Shown in pieces: positions 1-48,300 of a stretch of 64,000 nt of DNA (positions within the stretch are counted from its first letter, which is position 1; the number at the start of each line of letters is the position of its first letter). The notes under the pieces are model-generated. The model made no database searches, was not told where the DNA came from, and saw only the letters and a list, made by a program, of their open reading frames with translations. The position numbers were made by a program, and so were the translations under genes. Origin of the DNA: Eledone cirrhosa (lineage: Eukaryota); assembly GCA_964016885.1 (NCBI GenBank), contig OZ024748.1, forward strand, positions 48,050,001-48,114,000, given 5' to 3'.

Positions 1-534
1 TGTTTCAGTGGGTGTTAGCATGTGTGTGTGTGTCAGTGTGTTAGTGTCTGTATGTGTGTTAGTGTGTGTGTGAGTGTGTGTTAGTGTGAGAGTTGTGAGT
101 GTGTGTGTATGTGTGTGTGTGTTAGTGTGTGTGTAAGTGTGTGTTATTGTGTGTGTTAGTGTGTGTGTAAGTGTGTGTGTGTTAGTGTGTGTTAGTGTGT
201 GAGTGTGAGTGTGTGTTAGTGTGTGAGTGTGTGTGTGTATGTGTGTGAGTGTGTGTTAGTGTGTGAGTGAGTGTGTGTATGTGTGTGTGTGTGTGTGTGT
301 GTAGGTGAGTTACTGGGCATGTGTGTTTTTTTCCAATATTTAAAAAAATTCAAATTCTATTCTTTTTTTCCAATATTTAAATTCAGAAGTCTATTATATT
401 ATATAATGGTGTCCTTCCCTCAAATATATTTCACTCAGACATATCTAAATTCCCAAATATTTTTTTAATGTAAATTTTTTATTCCTGCCATCATTTGAGA
501 TTTTACATTCTCTCATGGAATCTAATGTTTGTGT

Positions 535-598
<64 letters not shown>

Positions 599-1152
599 TA
601 TATATGTATATATATACACACACACACATATATATATATACACACATGCATATATATGTATATATATATATATACACATACATATATATACATACATATG
701 TATATATATAAATATATACACACACACACACACATATATATAAATATATATATACACACACACACACATATATATAAATATATATATACACACACACATA
801 TATATAAATATATATACACACACACACATATATATATAAATATATATATACACACACACACACATAAATATATATATATACACACACACATATAAATATA
901 CATACACACACACACACACATAAATATATATATACACACACACACACATATAAATATATATATATACACACACACACACATATAAATATATATATACACA
1001 CACACATATAAATATATATATACACACATATATATATATATATACAGATGAATAGATATATACACAGATGAATAGATATATATATATGTAGAAGTGGTAC
1101 CACAACAGTTAGTTCACCATACCGAGAACAATTGATTCCTCAGCTCCTGCTA

Positions 1153-1212
<60 letters not shown>

Positions 1213-1285
1213 TATATATATACACACACATGCACACCCACATAGTCACCTCAATATACATACATACATATATATATATATAATA
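1..1285. repeat. Compound microsatellites (GT)n, (TA)n, (CA)n
   Basis: Direct reading. Confidence 0.95.
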
Positions 1286-1303
1286 TCTCTGTTATTACTC
1301 CAG

Positions 1304-33273
<31,970 letters not shown>

Positions 33274-33529
33274 CCCAAAATATTTGACCTTCCGGTCATG
33301 ACACGTATATAAATATATATCTAACCAAGTTGTGACAAATGTTCTTCCCTCACACATCTTCCATTAGTTTGTCTTTTTGTACATTTTTGTTAAAAGTAAT
33401 GAGATATTTTATAGAGTTCCTTTAACCATTCTTTAAATTATATATATATATATATACAGATATATGTGTATGCATGTATGTACGTATATATATATATATA
33501 CACACACACATTTGTAAGCATGTATGTGT

Positions 33530-33565
<36 letters not shown>

Positions 33566-34717
33566 GTATATTAGACCTCCTTCGGTCATAAATGACCATT
33601 AAATTTCCCCTCCGTGATACAAGACTGGACAAGGTCTTTTCATGGATAACCACCAGTCCTCTACGCATAAAATCATTTTTTCCAGCTGAGTGAACAGGAA
33701 ATAAAATATCTTGCTCAATGACTTGGTTCAGGAATCAAACTCACAACATCACTATTGTGAATCCAACACTAATTACTTAGACACACACCTTCTTATATAT
33801 ATATATATATATATATATTCAATACATATTGCATAATGGGATAGGACACTTTTGTAGTTGAAGAGAGTGAAAAATACTGCACATAAATACTTAATATAAA
33901 ATGTATTGAGTAGATCTGTATAAGGTGAACCAATTGTTCTCGGTATAGTGAGCTAACTGTTGTGTTAATACTTATATATATATATATATATATATCAACT
34001 AGAAATTGATTGACATATATATATCTATCTAAAATAAACATATGAAACAATCACAGGGAATAATTTGTAAAAGTGTGTAAGCACACATAGCTAGGTAGGT
34101 AACTAGTTAAAGTTTAACTAGAACTTTAAAAATAGATACCTTATAATTTGATTAATCTTCCTTGTATATATTTCATTAAAGAAATATATTTCACCATTAA
34201 TCGATCGGTAAACCACAGTAGCCAAACCCAGATTTTCAACAAGGGAGAAGATTTAACTATCTGCGTTTACACAGAAAATTCAAATATATATATATATATA
34301 AAGATAGAATAAGGAAAACAAAATGGTTAGCATTTAACCCTTTTTAAGATCACTTCTGTGAAGGGCTCAGAAACCCAGCAATATATACAAGGATTTCGTT
34401 GGTGCTTAAAATCAAATGGCACTCTGCTTCATTTGATTATTCTCATCAGCACTGTACCAAGTATTGAGTTGGTTATACATCCTGCCCTGAATAGGCAAAA
34501 CTCTCACTTCTGTGTATATATATATGGCTTAATGTGTTCGGTTTCTGGTCAAGTGTTTGATTGACAGTGGTGCATTCTGTTGAGCAAGGCACTTTATTTC
34601 ACATATGGTCAGTTCAATGAGCTGGCAAAAAAGTTGTACCGGTAATTCATAGGGCCAGCATTATCACACACTATCCTGCTGTATTTGTTTGTCACTGTCT
34701 GTCGTACTCTCTCTCTC

Positions 34718-34750
<33 letters not shown>

Positions 34751-34881
34751 ATGTGTATCTATATACAGAGGGAGAAAGAAATATATATATAGATATTGTA
34801 TATATATATGTGTGTGTGTGTGTGAGTGTGTATGTATACAAAGAGAGAGGAATAGAAATATATATATATATAGCAAACATA

Positions 34882-34923
<42 letters not shown>

Positions 34924-34928
34924 CATAT

Positions 34929-34965
<37 letters not shown>

Positions 34966-34970
34966 CATAT

Positions 34971-35043
<73 letters not shown>

Positions 35044-37784
35044 ATGGATAGATACATACATATTCACATATTTGAATGCCTTTTAAATACACATTTTCAT
35101 TTACTGCGAAATAGTTTTCAATAATTTCTTTTCTCTCTCCATTGCCCATTAAAAAACAAAATCAAGACATCTGAAGTTTAGATGGAACACTACAGCCATA
35201 AATAATGTCAGACAATTTTTTCCTAACAACGATTTGACTTTGTCATATTTCTATCTTCAGGATGACACCTCACACAATTCCTCTTTCGTTTTAGAAGCGT
35301 TTTTATGTTTATTTTACACATTTCCCATAATTATTGATATCCAGATTTTTCACCAACTATATTTCTCTTTCTTTTTGCTTTTATTACTAAATGTTGTTGT
35401 TTGTTGTGTTGAGGCCTTCATCATTTGTCATACAACTTGGTCACCACCCCTAAAAATATTTTGGACTATTAAGGTTTGGTAAACTTTTGGAATCTCAGTA
35501 AAGACAGACATATAAACATACTGACCTAATATGGTATTGTTAGTCATGTCTGTTGTTAATGGTATCTCCTCCCCGAGTTGATAACTAATAACAAAATTTG
35601 AAATGTAAGCTTTGAAAGTGATTGATGTTGCTGATGATAAACAATGATATCATGGTAACCATATGGTTTATTTTCATAGGGGCTGTTCTGAGAGAAATAT
35701 TCTCTTCTCACCATTTTGTAATTCCTTAAAATGAAGAGATAAAAATCCCTGTGCTATATATATATTAACACAGTTAATTGTATATATGTGTGGTAAAAAA
35801 GTCAACAAAATCACATTCATTCCTCTTCGATATTAAGAAGTCCATCAAGGTGTATATATACTGAGTGTATACATACATATACACATACATCTGTATGTAT
35901 GATTTTCTGTGCTGTACTCTATTGCAAATATATTTGGCAAATTTCTAAGGTTTATGAAACAAACTATAACATTTCCTTGCTGTTGTGAAGAATGAAGATT
36001 AAAAAGAACCAAAATATTGCAACTTTTTATAGATTAACTCTACTGGTTCCTCATGACAATAATTCTGTAAAAACTTAAAGACAGACCATAAACCAGTTTT
36101 TATTCACAGACAAATATAATATGAAAAAAATTACAAAAAAAAAACCAAAACACCATTTAAAACAAACCAATCTGAAAAAAAAAAAATTCTCTTCATGTTT
36201 CTTTTTTTTTTGAGGGGACATTTTAACAGAAAACAGAAGAAACTTGAAAATGACAATAACAACAAAACAAAACACAAAAATAACAGATGTTTGTCTTCCT
36301 TAGATTTCATATCAACATTCATTACCACTGTTTTGCACTCTCAAACTCAAAGCTAAATTCCTAACCTTGAAAAATAAAAAAAAAACCAAAACATTCTTGA
36401 TACCATCTCCATATTTTGTTAAAGAGTTGCTAACAGTTGCCATCAGGCTTTTGTTTTCGTTTTATTTCTCCAACTAAGAGGTAAAACTTTAATTCATTTA
36501 GAATTATTTTTTCTTTATTTTTACATTTGTTATTCAGTAAACCACCCTAACCTGAATTTATATAAATTCATGCCATTGGCCTAATTGAGTTATTTCACTT
36601 AGCTCATTTGTATTGTTTTTATTTGTCTTTTCATAATTATGTAAATTATATTGGCCAAAATTTTTCATGACTTTTTTTTTTTCTAAATGTAAAAAGAAAA
36701 AAAAAAAAAAATTATAATCTCTGTCCACTGATACTTAAGCAAGCTTAACAAGACGTTGCTTCACTAATGAGGTCTAACAATGACCGAAACATGCCCATAG
36801 TTATCACCTTGCCTGCTAACAAAAAGCAATTTTTTCCCTTTTAATGATTACATGAAAATTTATATTTTCTGGGAATTTCTATTCTTAATTTTATGAAATT
36901 ATCTCCCCTTTTCTTTGAAGGTCGCCAACAATGGCCACCAGAATTTTTGTTTGGTTTCCTTCTCCAACTAAACAGCAAATTTCATTTCATTAAGATTTTT
37001 TTTTTTTTTTTTTGGCGTACACAATTCAGTACACACAATTTACCGAAAATTCCCCAAACCATATTTGAGTCTTATTTTCAAATTAATTCGTTTTATTCTT
37101 TCTTTTAAAATGATAAACTATGGACATGTGAAATATATTTGAAAAATATAAATATATATATACGAATGGATTTCAAAGTATGTCGACAGCTTTGTCAATT
37201 TTGAAGATAGGAATTTCAACTATCACCAACTCCAAATTCAACATGTAAACTAAATTCTATTTCATGTATTGAAATCACACACGTGGCAAAAATCGATTTG
37301 ATTATTCCAACTCTTTGGCTATTAGAAGAGTTTTTTGTTTTTTTTAAAGAAAGATTAAACAAAGAATTGACATCTGAAATTATGTATAATTTCCCCTACT
37401 CCTCCCCTTGATTTGTTAAATGATGAAAACTTTGTTCCAAAGATTGAAATTAATCAAGATATTTTAAAGACATTTTGTTGTTTGCTAGGATTTGTGAGAA
37501 TTAGGAATTTTTGAAACAGACTTTGATGTGGAAAAAACAAAAAGAAACTTACATAAAAGTTTGAAGCTGGAACAGTATTTCTTCATAATTGGTGTGGTTC
37601 ACAAACCCTATTCCCTGGTTTATGACATACTTCAAATCCTACCACTATGCCATTTCTAAGCCACGGAAATACAAAACGAAATCTCGTACCAAACTTTAAA
37701 TGCAAAAAAAAAAAAAAAAAATTCAAGGACATTTCCTGTGCCTCACTACATTCAAATTTTTTTATTTACTATTTCTTAACATTA

Positions 37785-37831
<47 letters not shown>

Positions 37832-38663
37832 GAGATTATGTGTTGTTTTTTTTATTATTAAATTTTCAATTTTTAAACCAGAACATTTTGAAATATTTAA
37901 GAAATTTTGTTTGCATTTGAGAAATATTTAATTTAAAGGAAAACAAAACAAAAAAAATGATATAGAGAGAATGATGAACATTTTTTAATGTATTTGTTGA
38001 ATTTATTTTGCTAAATGCTTAAATCTCTAACGTAGATGTATTGCTAGCTGCTATACATAATATCTACAGCAATAATTATACATGCTGTTATATTTAATTT
38101 CATTACACTCCAAACTGCTTGCTTGCCTCCTCTATAACCTCTGGCCTCTAATATTATCCCCCCCCCCCCCCTGCCAACCATTAAAATTACATCACTTCTG
38201 TTCACTGTTAGTATCAGGAAAGTTTGTGATGTAGTCTTTCATTTACATTAAACCACAGTACACTAAACAATATAAGACCAACTTTTATTACACTAATCTC
38301 CGTAATATACTAATCTGGAATAGAATAAACCAACGTGACACAAGACAAACCTATACTAAATAGGCTATGTTATACGAAATTACACTGATCTAAACTACAC
38401 TAAACTGCACAAGATTAAAATGTAACACATACTCTCGGGTCCCAAATAACACGGAGGGACGGGGGTGGAATAAGCGGAGGAGGGAAATCGGTAATTTCTT
38501 TTGAGATTATTTGAGACTCGAGAGTACACTATATTAAAACAACATACAGCTGTTATACACTAAATGACCTGACTAAACAGACTAGACACAGCTGTAGATA
38601 TATCGAACTAGCGATTTCATGATTATGCAATGAATTCTGAAGGAGTTTGCCATACCTGCACCC

Positions 38664-38711
<48 letters not shown>

Positions 38712-38713
<2 letters not shown>

Positions 38714-38803
38714 GCTTCTACAGGACTAGAACTGTTTCATTCGGTAGAAATCATCACCTGATGATTTCTACCGAAGGAAACAGTTCTAGTCCTGTAGGAG
38801 CCT
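38712..38803. repeat. Near-perfect palindrome centred on a hammerhead-like core
   Basis: CTGATGA-TTTC-TACC-GAAG-GAAA-CAGTTCTAG-TC; related truncated copy at 14771-14893. Confidence 0.75.
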
Positions 38804-38860
38804 TTCTATATTAAATATTTATACTCTGCTGTGGTTACCCCCGATTGAACCCAAGATAAA

Positions 38861-38966
<106 letters not shown>

Positions 38967-41589
38967 ATGAATGAAGTGAAACCAACTTCCGGAAACTCCG
39001 TGTACTTTAGAATGTATACGCCAGTTCAGATCAGTTTGCCATGTATTTTATGATACATATATATGTGTACTGAAACATCCACACACGCATATTGTATACG
39101 CATACATCCATATGTAGTCATAATTTATTTACCCAAATTATACATACATACATACACTCTCATTTATATATATCACAAATACATGCATGCCCATTGATTT
39201 GCACAAACATCCACCTATATTCATTTACATAATTTATGTCAAAACTTTATGCATGTTTTCCCTCTAAAACCTTTGGTTCTTTTATTTCTTTCCGTGTTCG
39301 ACAACCTTTTGCTTACCCTACCTTAAGGCCATTTAATTTCTCCATAATCTATTAACATTTATTTTAGCATACCCGCTTACTCCCCCTCCAGCCACTTCTC
39401 ATTTAATATTATTCAACAAGAACAAAAGAATATAATAAGCAAAATTGGAAAATTCTAAAAAAAAAAAAAAATGTGTTATAGAATTGACCAAATTTTCTTC
39501 TATTCTGGCTTATTTAAGAATGCTTGCCACAACATCACCTACTGCTATTGCTACTATTGCTACTATTGCTACTAATGTTATTATTACTACTGCTACCGAT
39601 GCTGTCACTTGGTAAAATTGGAAAACAATTTGATTTTTAAAATTTTCAGTTGGCACTAATTAGATTTAAAATTTAAAAAAAAAATTTCTTATTTCAATTT
39701 TATTTGTAATATTTTAAAATAATTCTTTTTTGTTTGTTTATATTTTTTTCTTTAAATAAATGTTGAATAGATGCAAATATTTCCAAAGTTGTTGAATAAA
39801 TGAAATTTTACACACGCAGACACAAAAAGGTAGACCTAAATATACACTTTATATATATATATATCTATGTATGCATATAAATGTATGTATATATACATAC
39901 ATGTATGCATATATAGGTATGTATATACACAAACATGTATTCATATATACGTATGTATATATACATACATGTATGTATATATAGGTATGTATATATACAT
40001 ACATGTATGTATATATACGTATGTATATATACATACATGTATGTATATATATGTATGTATATATACGCATGTATATATACATACATGTATGTATATATAG
40101 GTATGTATATATACATACATGTATGTATATATAGGTATGTATATACACATACATGTATTCATATATACGTATGTATATATACATACATGTATGTATATAT
40201 AGGTATGTATACATACATACATGTATGTATATATAGGTATGTATATATACATACATGTATGTATATATAAGTATGTATATATAGGTCTGTATATATACAT
40301 ATATGTATGTAAATATAGGTATGCATATATACATATATATGTATATATATATGTGTGTGTGTAAGCACAGAAACTACCAATTCAATTGTGTATGTATGTG
40401 TGTGGGTACATATATGTGTGTATATATCTGGAGTATCCATCTGTTCTTGTGTATGTGTAAGTATATATTTGTGTATACATGACACATATATCCTAACTAT
40501 TGTATTGTCAGCTTATGTATATGTACGTATTTATATATATGTATGTATGCATATATATATCACATAAGTATGTACTAGTTATTCCACTGTGTGTATGTAT
40601 GTAGGTATTTTTACATGTATGTACATATCTATATCTCTGTGTATGTGTATATATATGTATGTATGTACATATCTATATCTCTGTGTATGTGTATATATAT
40701 ATGTATGTATGTACATATCTATATCTCTGTGTATGTGTATATATATATATATGTATGCATGTATATATCTATATCTCTGTGTATGTGTATATATATATGT
40801 ATGCATGTACATATCTATATCTCTGTGTATGTGTATATATATATATGTATGTATGTACATATCTATATCTCTGTGTATGTGTATATATATATATATATGT
40901 ATGCATGTATATATCTATATCTCTGTGTATGTGTATATATATATGTATGCATGTACATATCTATATCTCTGTGTATGTGTATATATATATGTATGTATGT
41001 ACATATCTATATCTCTGTGTATGTGTATATATATATGTATGTATGTACATATCTATATCTCTGTGTATGTGTATATATATATGTATGTATGTACATATCT
41101 ATATCTCTGTGTATGTGTATATATATATGTATGTATGTACATATCTATATCTCTGTGTATGTGTATATATATATATGTATGCATGTATATATGTATGTAT
41201 ATGTGTGCGTGTTCAATCTTTGTTAAGCAACAGTGACTGAAATACCAACAATAAATTGGTTTCTGTTATTGATTAGGCTTTTCCTTCTTAATTAAGTCTC
41301 GTTAATTGTATAATTGTGAATCTGTAATGAAAACTATTCGGTCATTGAATAGTTAAGACACTATTTAGAAGCCCACACACCACACCACACAACATTCTAT
41401 CTCTTTTCTAATCTTAAGTTATCATTAGAAGCTCAAGAGATTCCATAACTATGCTCTTATTTATCTTATATTTTCCTACTTGTAGAAATACCACACTAAT
41501 ATGCTATTTTCCATACATCTTCAGGGGAGTAGTTTCGTGGACCACCCTATGGACATTAGATCTACACAACTTCAGCATGAAGATGTCTG

Positions 41590-41665
<76 letters not shown>

Positions 41666-41790
41666 AATAAATATATATAGTCTAAGAATGGAATTTTTTA
41701 CACAAGTTTCATGACAAAGTGATCGCCCGGCGAGGACTTTGTTGCGCGAAACTCAAAACCTATGGAAACGTAATCCAGTATTTGTAAACT

Positions 41791-41837
<47 letters not shown>

Positions 41838-41839
<2 letters not shown>

Positions 41840-42043
41840 CAGTCGATCGGACCGAGGAAACAATATTTCCGTTCGTCTTTCCAATTGCTAATACTATCTA
41901 TTGGTTGCAACTCCAGGTAGAAGGAGCAACGTGAAATAAAGCGTCTTGCTGAAGGACATAACGCATTGCCCGGTCCAGGAATCGAACTCACAACCTCATG
42001 ATTGCGAGTCCAATTCTTTCAACACTTAGCCACACGCCTTCAC
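41838..42043 (-). mobile_element. tRNA-derived SINE related to family B (second copy 52486-52709)
   Basis: GGCGTGTGGCTAAGTG...GAGTTCGATTCC head; AAGACGCTTTATTTCACGTTGCTCC body. Confidence 0.8.
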
Positions 42044-42545
42044 ATGTGTGTGTGTGTGTGCGTGTGAGTGTGTGTGTGTGTGTGTGCGTGCGCACGAGCA
42101 ATTGAGATCATTTCTAAACTTTACAAGTCGAATCAGAATTTAAACAACACAACTGAGCCGCATCTTATTTTATTTCATTCTGGAGTTCAATTTTTAATTA
42201 CCCACTCCCCCACATCATTAGAATATATCGATGAATTGTGCATGTGACCTAGCCAATCGATGAACACGTGAACACGTGGGACCGTTGAACCTATTGATTG
42301 GTTTATGAAAATATCTCAAGTTTTTACTTTACAATTTTGAACACAGTAAAAATATAAGTAATATGAAAGAAAGAATTTGATTTGGAGTTGTTATGTTTGA
42401 TAACTTTGGACCTGGTTAGGAATGTGTCGGAGTGATGTATATATGTGTGTGTAATTATATAGTGTATGTATATCTGTAGTATATGCCTGCATAGTTTATA
42501 TATATTTATGTTGTTCCTGTTTGATAGTATGTCTATGTACACATA

Positions 42546-42620
<75 letters not shown>

Positions 42621-42733
42621 GTATGTACATATATGTGTGTATGTATGTATGTATATATATATATATATATGTATGAGTGAATCTGTATATATATATATAT
42701 ATATATATATGCATGTATATATATGTGTGTATG

Positions 42734-42773
<40 letters not shown>

Positions 42774-42913
42774 TGCATGTATATATATATACATATATAT
42801 ATGCATGCATGTATATATATATATATACATGCATGTATATATATGTATATGTGTATATATATGTATATGCATGTATGCGTGTGTGTATATATGTGTGTGT
42901 GTATGTATGTATG

Positions 42914-42954
<41 letters not shown>

Positions 42955-43630
42955 GTGTGTGTATATATATATATATGTGTGTGTGTATAGGTATGTATAT
43001 GTATATATATATTTATATGTATGTGTGTGTAGACATCATATACATATGTATGTTACATATATGTATGTATATGCATTTGTAGCGTGTATGTATCTTTATA
43101 TCTGTGTGTTTAAATATTAGAGATTTTCTATTTACTCGTACACCTGTAAATTATTTCAGCTTTTCTTAAAACACCCTGAACTATTTGGACATAATTTAGA
43201 AACAAATTGTAGAATTTGTTCGCCTCACCTCTTCATAACAGTAACTAGGAAGAAGATAAAGAAAAAACACACACATCCAACTTACTGTAAAAACCTTCAA
43301 CGCACAAAATCTTCATTGATAAACCAATTCCAGTGAAAACAGCTGCAGAAGAAATATTTGAAATATGAAAAAAAATAATTAAAACCACAAACCCTAAAGA
43401 ATTTCAGACTCAAAAGTAAAAAGATAAAATGTTTAAAAAAAATTGTAAAAATCAGAAAAAAAAATCTATATTTTTATCAATATTACTATTGTGATGTTGT
43501 TCGTATCATAATGATAATTATGATATCACAATAATATAAGCAACAAGAATCCTCCTACATTCTATTAATTCTGATAAATTTTCTTTGTTATAAAACTATA
43601 TATTAACAATATTGCTAAACCACATATATT

Positions 43631-43718
<88 letters not shown>

Positions 43719-44425
43719 AGTACATATGTATGAATATATATATGTACATATGTATGTATATGTGTATATATATGTACATATGTATGTATATATGTACATA
43801 TGTATGTATATATATATGTACATATGTATGTATATATATATGTACATATATATGTATGTATATGTATATATATATATGTACCTATGTATGTATATATATA
43901 TATGTACATATGTATGTATATATATATATGTACCTATGTATGTATATATACATGTACCTATGTATGTATATATATATGTACATATGTATGTATATATATA
44001 TGTACATATGTATGTATATATATATGTACATATGTATGTATATATATATGTACATATGTATGTATATATATATGTACATATGTATGTATATATATATGAA
44101 CATATGTATGTATATATATATGTACATATGTATGTATATATATATGTACATATGTATGTATATATATATGTACATATGTATGTATATATATATGTACATA
44201 TGTATGTATATATATATGTACATATGTATGTATATATATATGAACATATGTATGTATATATATGAACATATGTATATATATATATATATATCCGTATGTA
44301 GTTGAAGGCTGAGAGAAAAGAGTACTCAATACTAAAGTACAGTTTAAATATTCATTTTATTAAGGGTGAATTGTTAGTCATTATTTAGCCTAAATAAAAT
44401 GAATATATATATATATACATATATA

Positions 44426-44486
<61 letters not shown>

Positions 44487-44615
44487 TGGTATTCCGTTAA
44501 ATAATTGAAGGTGATCACAATCAAAGTAAGATTCTCCATACATCAAGTAGAGAAGATAGTTTATTTTACTGATGAGTGCCGTTTACAAGACAATTATATT
44601 CGGTGAAGAAATATA

Positions 44616-44697
<82 letters not shown>

Positions 44698-44994
44698 TAT
44701 ATACATATATATATATATGTGCATATATATGTATATACATATATACATATATATATACATATGTGCATATATATATACATATATATATACATATGTGCAT
44801 ATATATATACATATATACATATATATATATATATACATATGTGCATATATATATACATATGTGCATATATATATATATACATATATATATACATATGTGC
44901 ATATATATATATATACATATGTGCATATATATATATACATATATATACATATATATATATACATATATATATACATATATATATACATATGTGC

Positions 44995-45025
<31 letters not shown>

Positions 45026-45133
45026 CATATATATATACATATATATATATATAAATCTATAATAATGAGTTCAAATCTCAGGCAGTCTTTTACAATGAAA
45101 TAGCTCGAAGAAAGAGTATTTCTGAGCCGTGTA

Positions 45134-45836
45134 ATACAGGTTAATATAATTAATATATTTGATAAACACAAATACCGACATATTCATGTTTGTATTGTAA
45201 ATGACCAAGTTAGCTAGATTGAAATATACTAATAATAATAATATTACAGTTTGCCTAACTTGACTTAAGATAATAAATCAACAAAAACAAATTGCATTGA
45301 CAATGGCCATGGTGCTTGGACAAATTTAAATTTCAAAATCAAACCTGTTTCGTAGACAGGTTTAAACCTTAAAATCCAAATATGTTTTGAATAATGAAAA
45401 AGTGGAAGAAATACCGCATTTTGATCTCCTCAGCAAGCACTATAAAAATTGGTATGTTCCACTTCAAAATATTTTAAATATTTTCCACTTCTAAATATTT
45501 AAAATATTTTGAAGTGGAACATACCAATTTTTATAGTGCTTGCTGAGGAGATCAAAATGCGGTATTTCTTCCACTTTTTCATTATTCAAAACATATTTGG
45601 ATTTTAAGGTTTAAACCTGTCTACGGAACAGGTTTGATTTTGAAATTGAAATTTGTCCAAGCACCATGGCCATTGTCAATGCAATTTGTTTTTGTTGATT
45701 TATTATCTTAAGTCAAGTTAGGCAAACTGTAATATTATTATTATTAGTATATTTCAATCTAGCTAACTTGGTCATTTACAATACAAACATGAATATGTCG
45801 GTATTTGTGTTTATCAAATATATTAATTATATTAAC

Positions 45837-45842
<6 letters not shown>
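45134..45842. repeat. 709-bp palindrome (350-bp arms, 9-nt spacer) between (TA)n tracts
   Basis: 45134-45483 is the reverse complement of 45493-45842; I found two mismatches by eye. Confidence 0.95.
45536..45664 (+). ncRNA. Hammerhead ribozyme-like motif with a long stem II insertion
   Basis: GUGCUUG-CUGAGGA-[GAUCAAAAU...AUUUUGAAAUU]-GAAA-UUUG-UC-CAAGCAC; 7-bp stem I, weak stem III. Confidence 0.6.
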
Positions 45843-45889
<47 letters not shown>

Positions 45890-45898
45890 TATATATAC

Positions 45899-45929
<31 letters not shown>

Positions 45930-45964
45930 CACATATATATATACATATACACATATATATATAC

Positions 45965-46035
<71 letters not shown>

Positions 46036-46094
46036 TAAATATATATACATATATATATATACACATATATATATACATATATACACATATATAT

Positions 46095-46139
<45 letters not shown>

Positions 46140-46286
46140 TATACATATATATATATACTCATATATATATACATATATACACATATATATATATACATAT
46201 ATACATATACATATATATATACATATATACATATATATATAGACATATATACATATATATATATATACATATATACACATATATAT

Positions 46287-46317
<31 letters not shown>

Positions 46318-46551
46318 CATATATACACATATATACATATATACATATATATATAATGAAAAATTGAACAGGGACAGAACAGAGAGGCAGTACGATAAAT
46401 GTTTATTAAATTCACATATATACGCATATATATATACATATATACACATATATATATACATATATACACATATATATATACATATATACACATATATATA
46501 TACATATATACACATATATATATATATACACATATATATATATACACACAC

Positions 46552-46614
<63 letters not shown>

Positions 46615-46645
46615 TACACACATATATATATATATATACATATAT

Positions 46646-46728
<83 letters not shown>

Positions 46729-46731
46729 CAC

Positions 46732-46764
<33 letters not shown>

Positions 46765-46817
46765 CACATATATATATATATATACACATATATATATATA
46801 CACATATATATATACAC

Positions 46818-46850
<33 letters not shown>

Positions 46851-46863
46851 TATATATATACAC

Positions 46864-46942
<79 letters not shown>

Positions 46943-46961
46943 TATATATATACATATATAC

Positions 46962-46996
<35 letters not shown>

Positions 46997-47403
46997 CACA
47001 TATATATATATACATATATACATATATACATATATATATATATACATATATACATATATACATATATATATACGTGTGTGTGTGTGTGTGTGTGTGTGCA
47101 TCTCCGTATACATGTATATATATGAGACGTGTATATTAAGATAGAATTATTGTCTGAGAATCTTACTCATTTCAAAGCTATCACAAACTCTCGGCCTTCA
47201 TCAGCAGACATACATATTTATACATATATGTGGGTTGTTTTTGTTGTTTTTCGTTTTTTAATTCTTTAAAATCTCTTCAGATTCTCCCAGGTTTTTAAAA
47301 TATATTTACATATGTAAAGATTTTTTCAATGATTTATCCCAGACTTACGAATTACTTGAAATTTATTACTGATCATCATCATCATCATCATCATTACTAT
47401 TAC

Positions 47404-47439
<36 letters not shown>

Positions 47440-47559
47440 CTGGAACTTCCTTTGAATTCTTCTTCTTTCTTACATATTTTGCCAGGTGTAATCTTGACAT
47501 ACGAGGCAAAATTTTGGAATACATACATTTTACAATCAATTGTCATACGAATTATGGCA

Positions 47560-48300
47560 CGAACAATCGTTCGTGCTTCAGACAAAATATACTATAGTAC
47601 TTAGTTATTACCCTTTACATTCTGAGTTCAAATTCCACCAAGGTAAACTTTGGATTAAATTCTTTTAATGTTGGATAAATAATATCCCAATAGAGTACTG
47701 GCCTCAATATAATCAACCTACTCAACAACTTGCTGGCCTTGCGCCACAATTAGAAACCATAAATCCCGCCGAGGTTAACTTTGCCTTTCATCCTTACGGG
47801 GGTCGATAAAATAAAGTACCAGTAATACACTGGGTAATTGCTGGCCTTGTGCTTAACGTAGAAACAATTATTATTATCATTAGTGGATTGGTAGTATCAG
47901 TAGAGGGTCGGACGCCATGCTTTGCAGCAAAGAGTTACGTCCCTTTATGGCCTGAGTTCAAATCCCGCAGAGGTTAACTTTGCCTTTCATCCTTACAGGG
48001 TCGATAAAATAAAGTACCAGTAATACACTGGGATAATTGCTGGCCTTGTGTCAAAAGTAGAAACAAATATTATTATCATTGGGTGGTGGATTGGCAGTAC
48101 CAATAGAGGGTCTGACGCCATGCTTTATAGCAAAGAGTTACGGCCCTTTACAGTCTGAGTTCAAATCCCACCGAGGTTAACTTTGCCTTTCCTCCTTACG
48201 AGGTCAATAAAATAAAGTACCAGTAACATACTGGGGTCGATTTAATCGACTTCTCCTCCCCAAAAATTGCTGGCCTTGTGCCTATACAAGACACTATTAT
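47560..48300 (+). mobile_element. Tandem SINE family A cluster
   Basis: Four consecutive units. Confidence 0.85.

Larger units (their letters stand above)
39849..47098. repeat. Large block of compound (TA)/(TATG)/(CATA) micro- and minisatellites
   Basis: Direct reading; source of most YIYI-type ORFs. Confidence 0.95.

Noticed and set aside
1-302. Telomere-like GTTAGT repeats
   Set aside because: An interrupted (GT)n microsatellite, not TTAGGG arrays.
445-1105. Long ORFs of 190-430 aa rich in YI/CV/HT (also 34664-35149, 39849-47139, 52610-54298)
   Set aside because: Translations of (TA)n/(TG)n/(CATA)n microsatellites that lack stop codons by composition.
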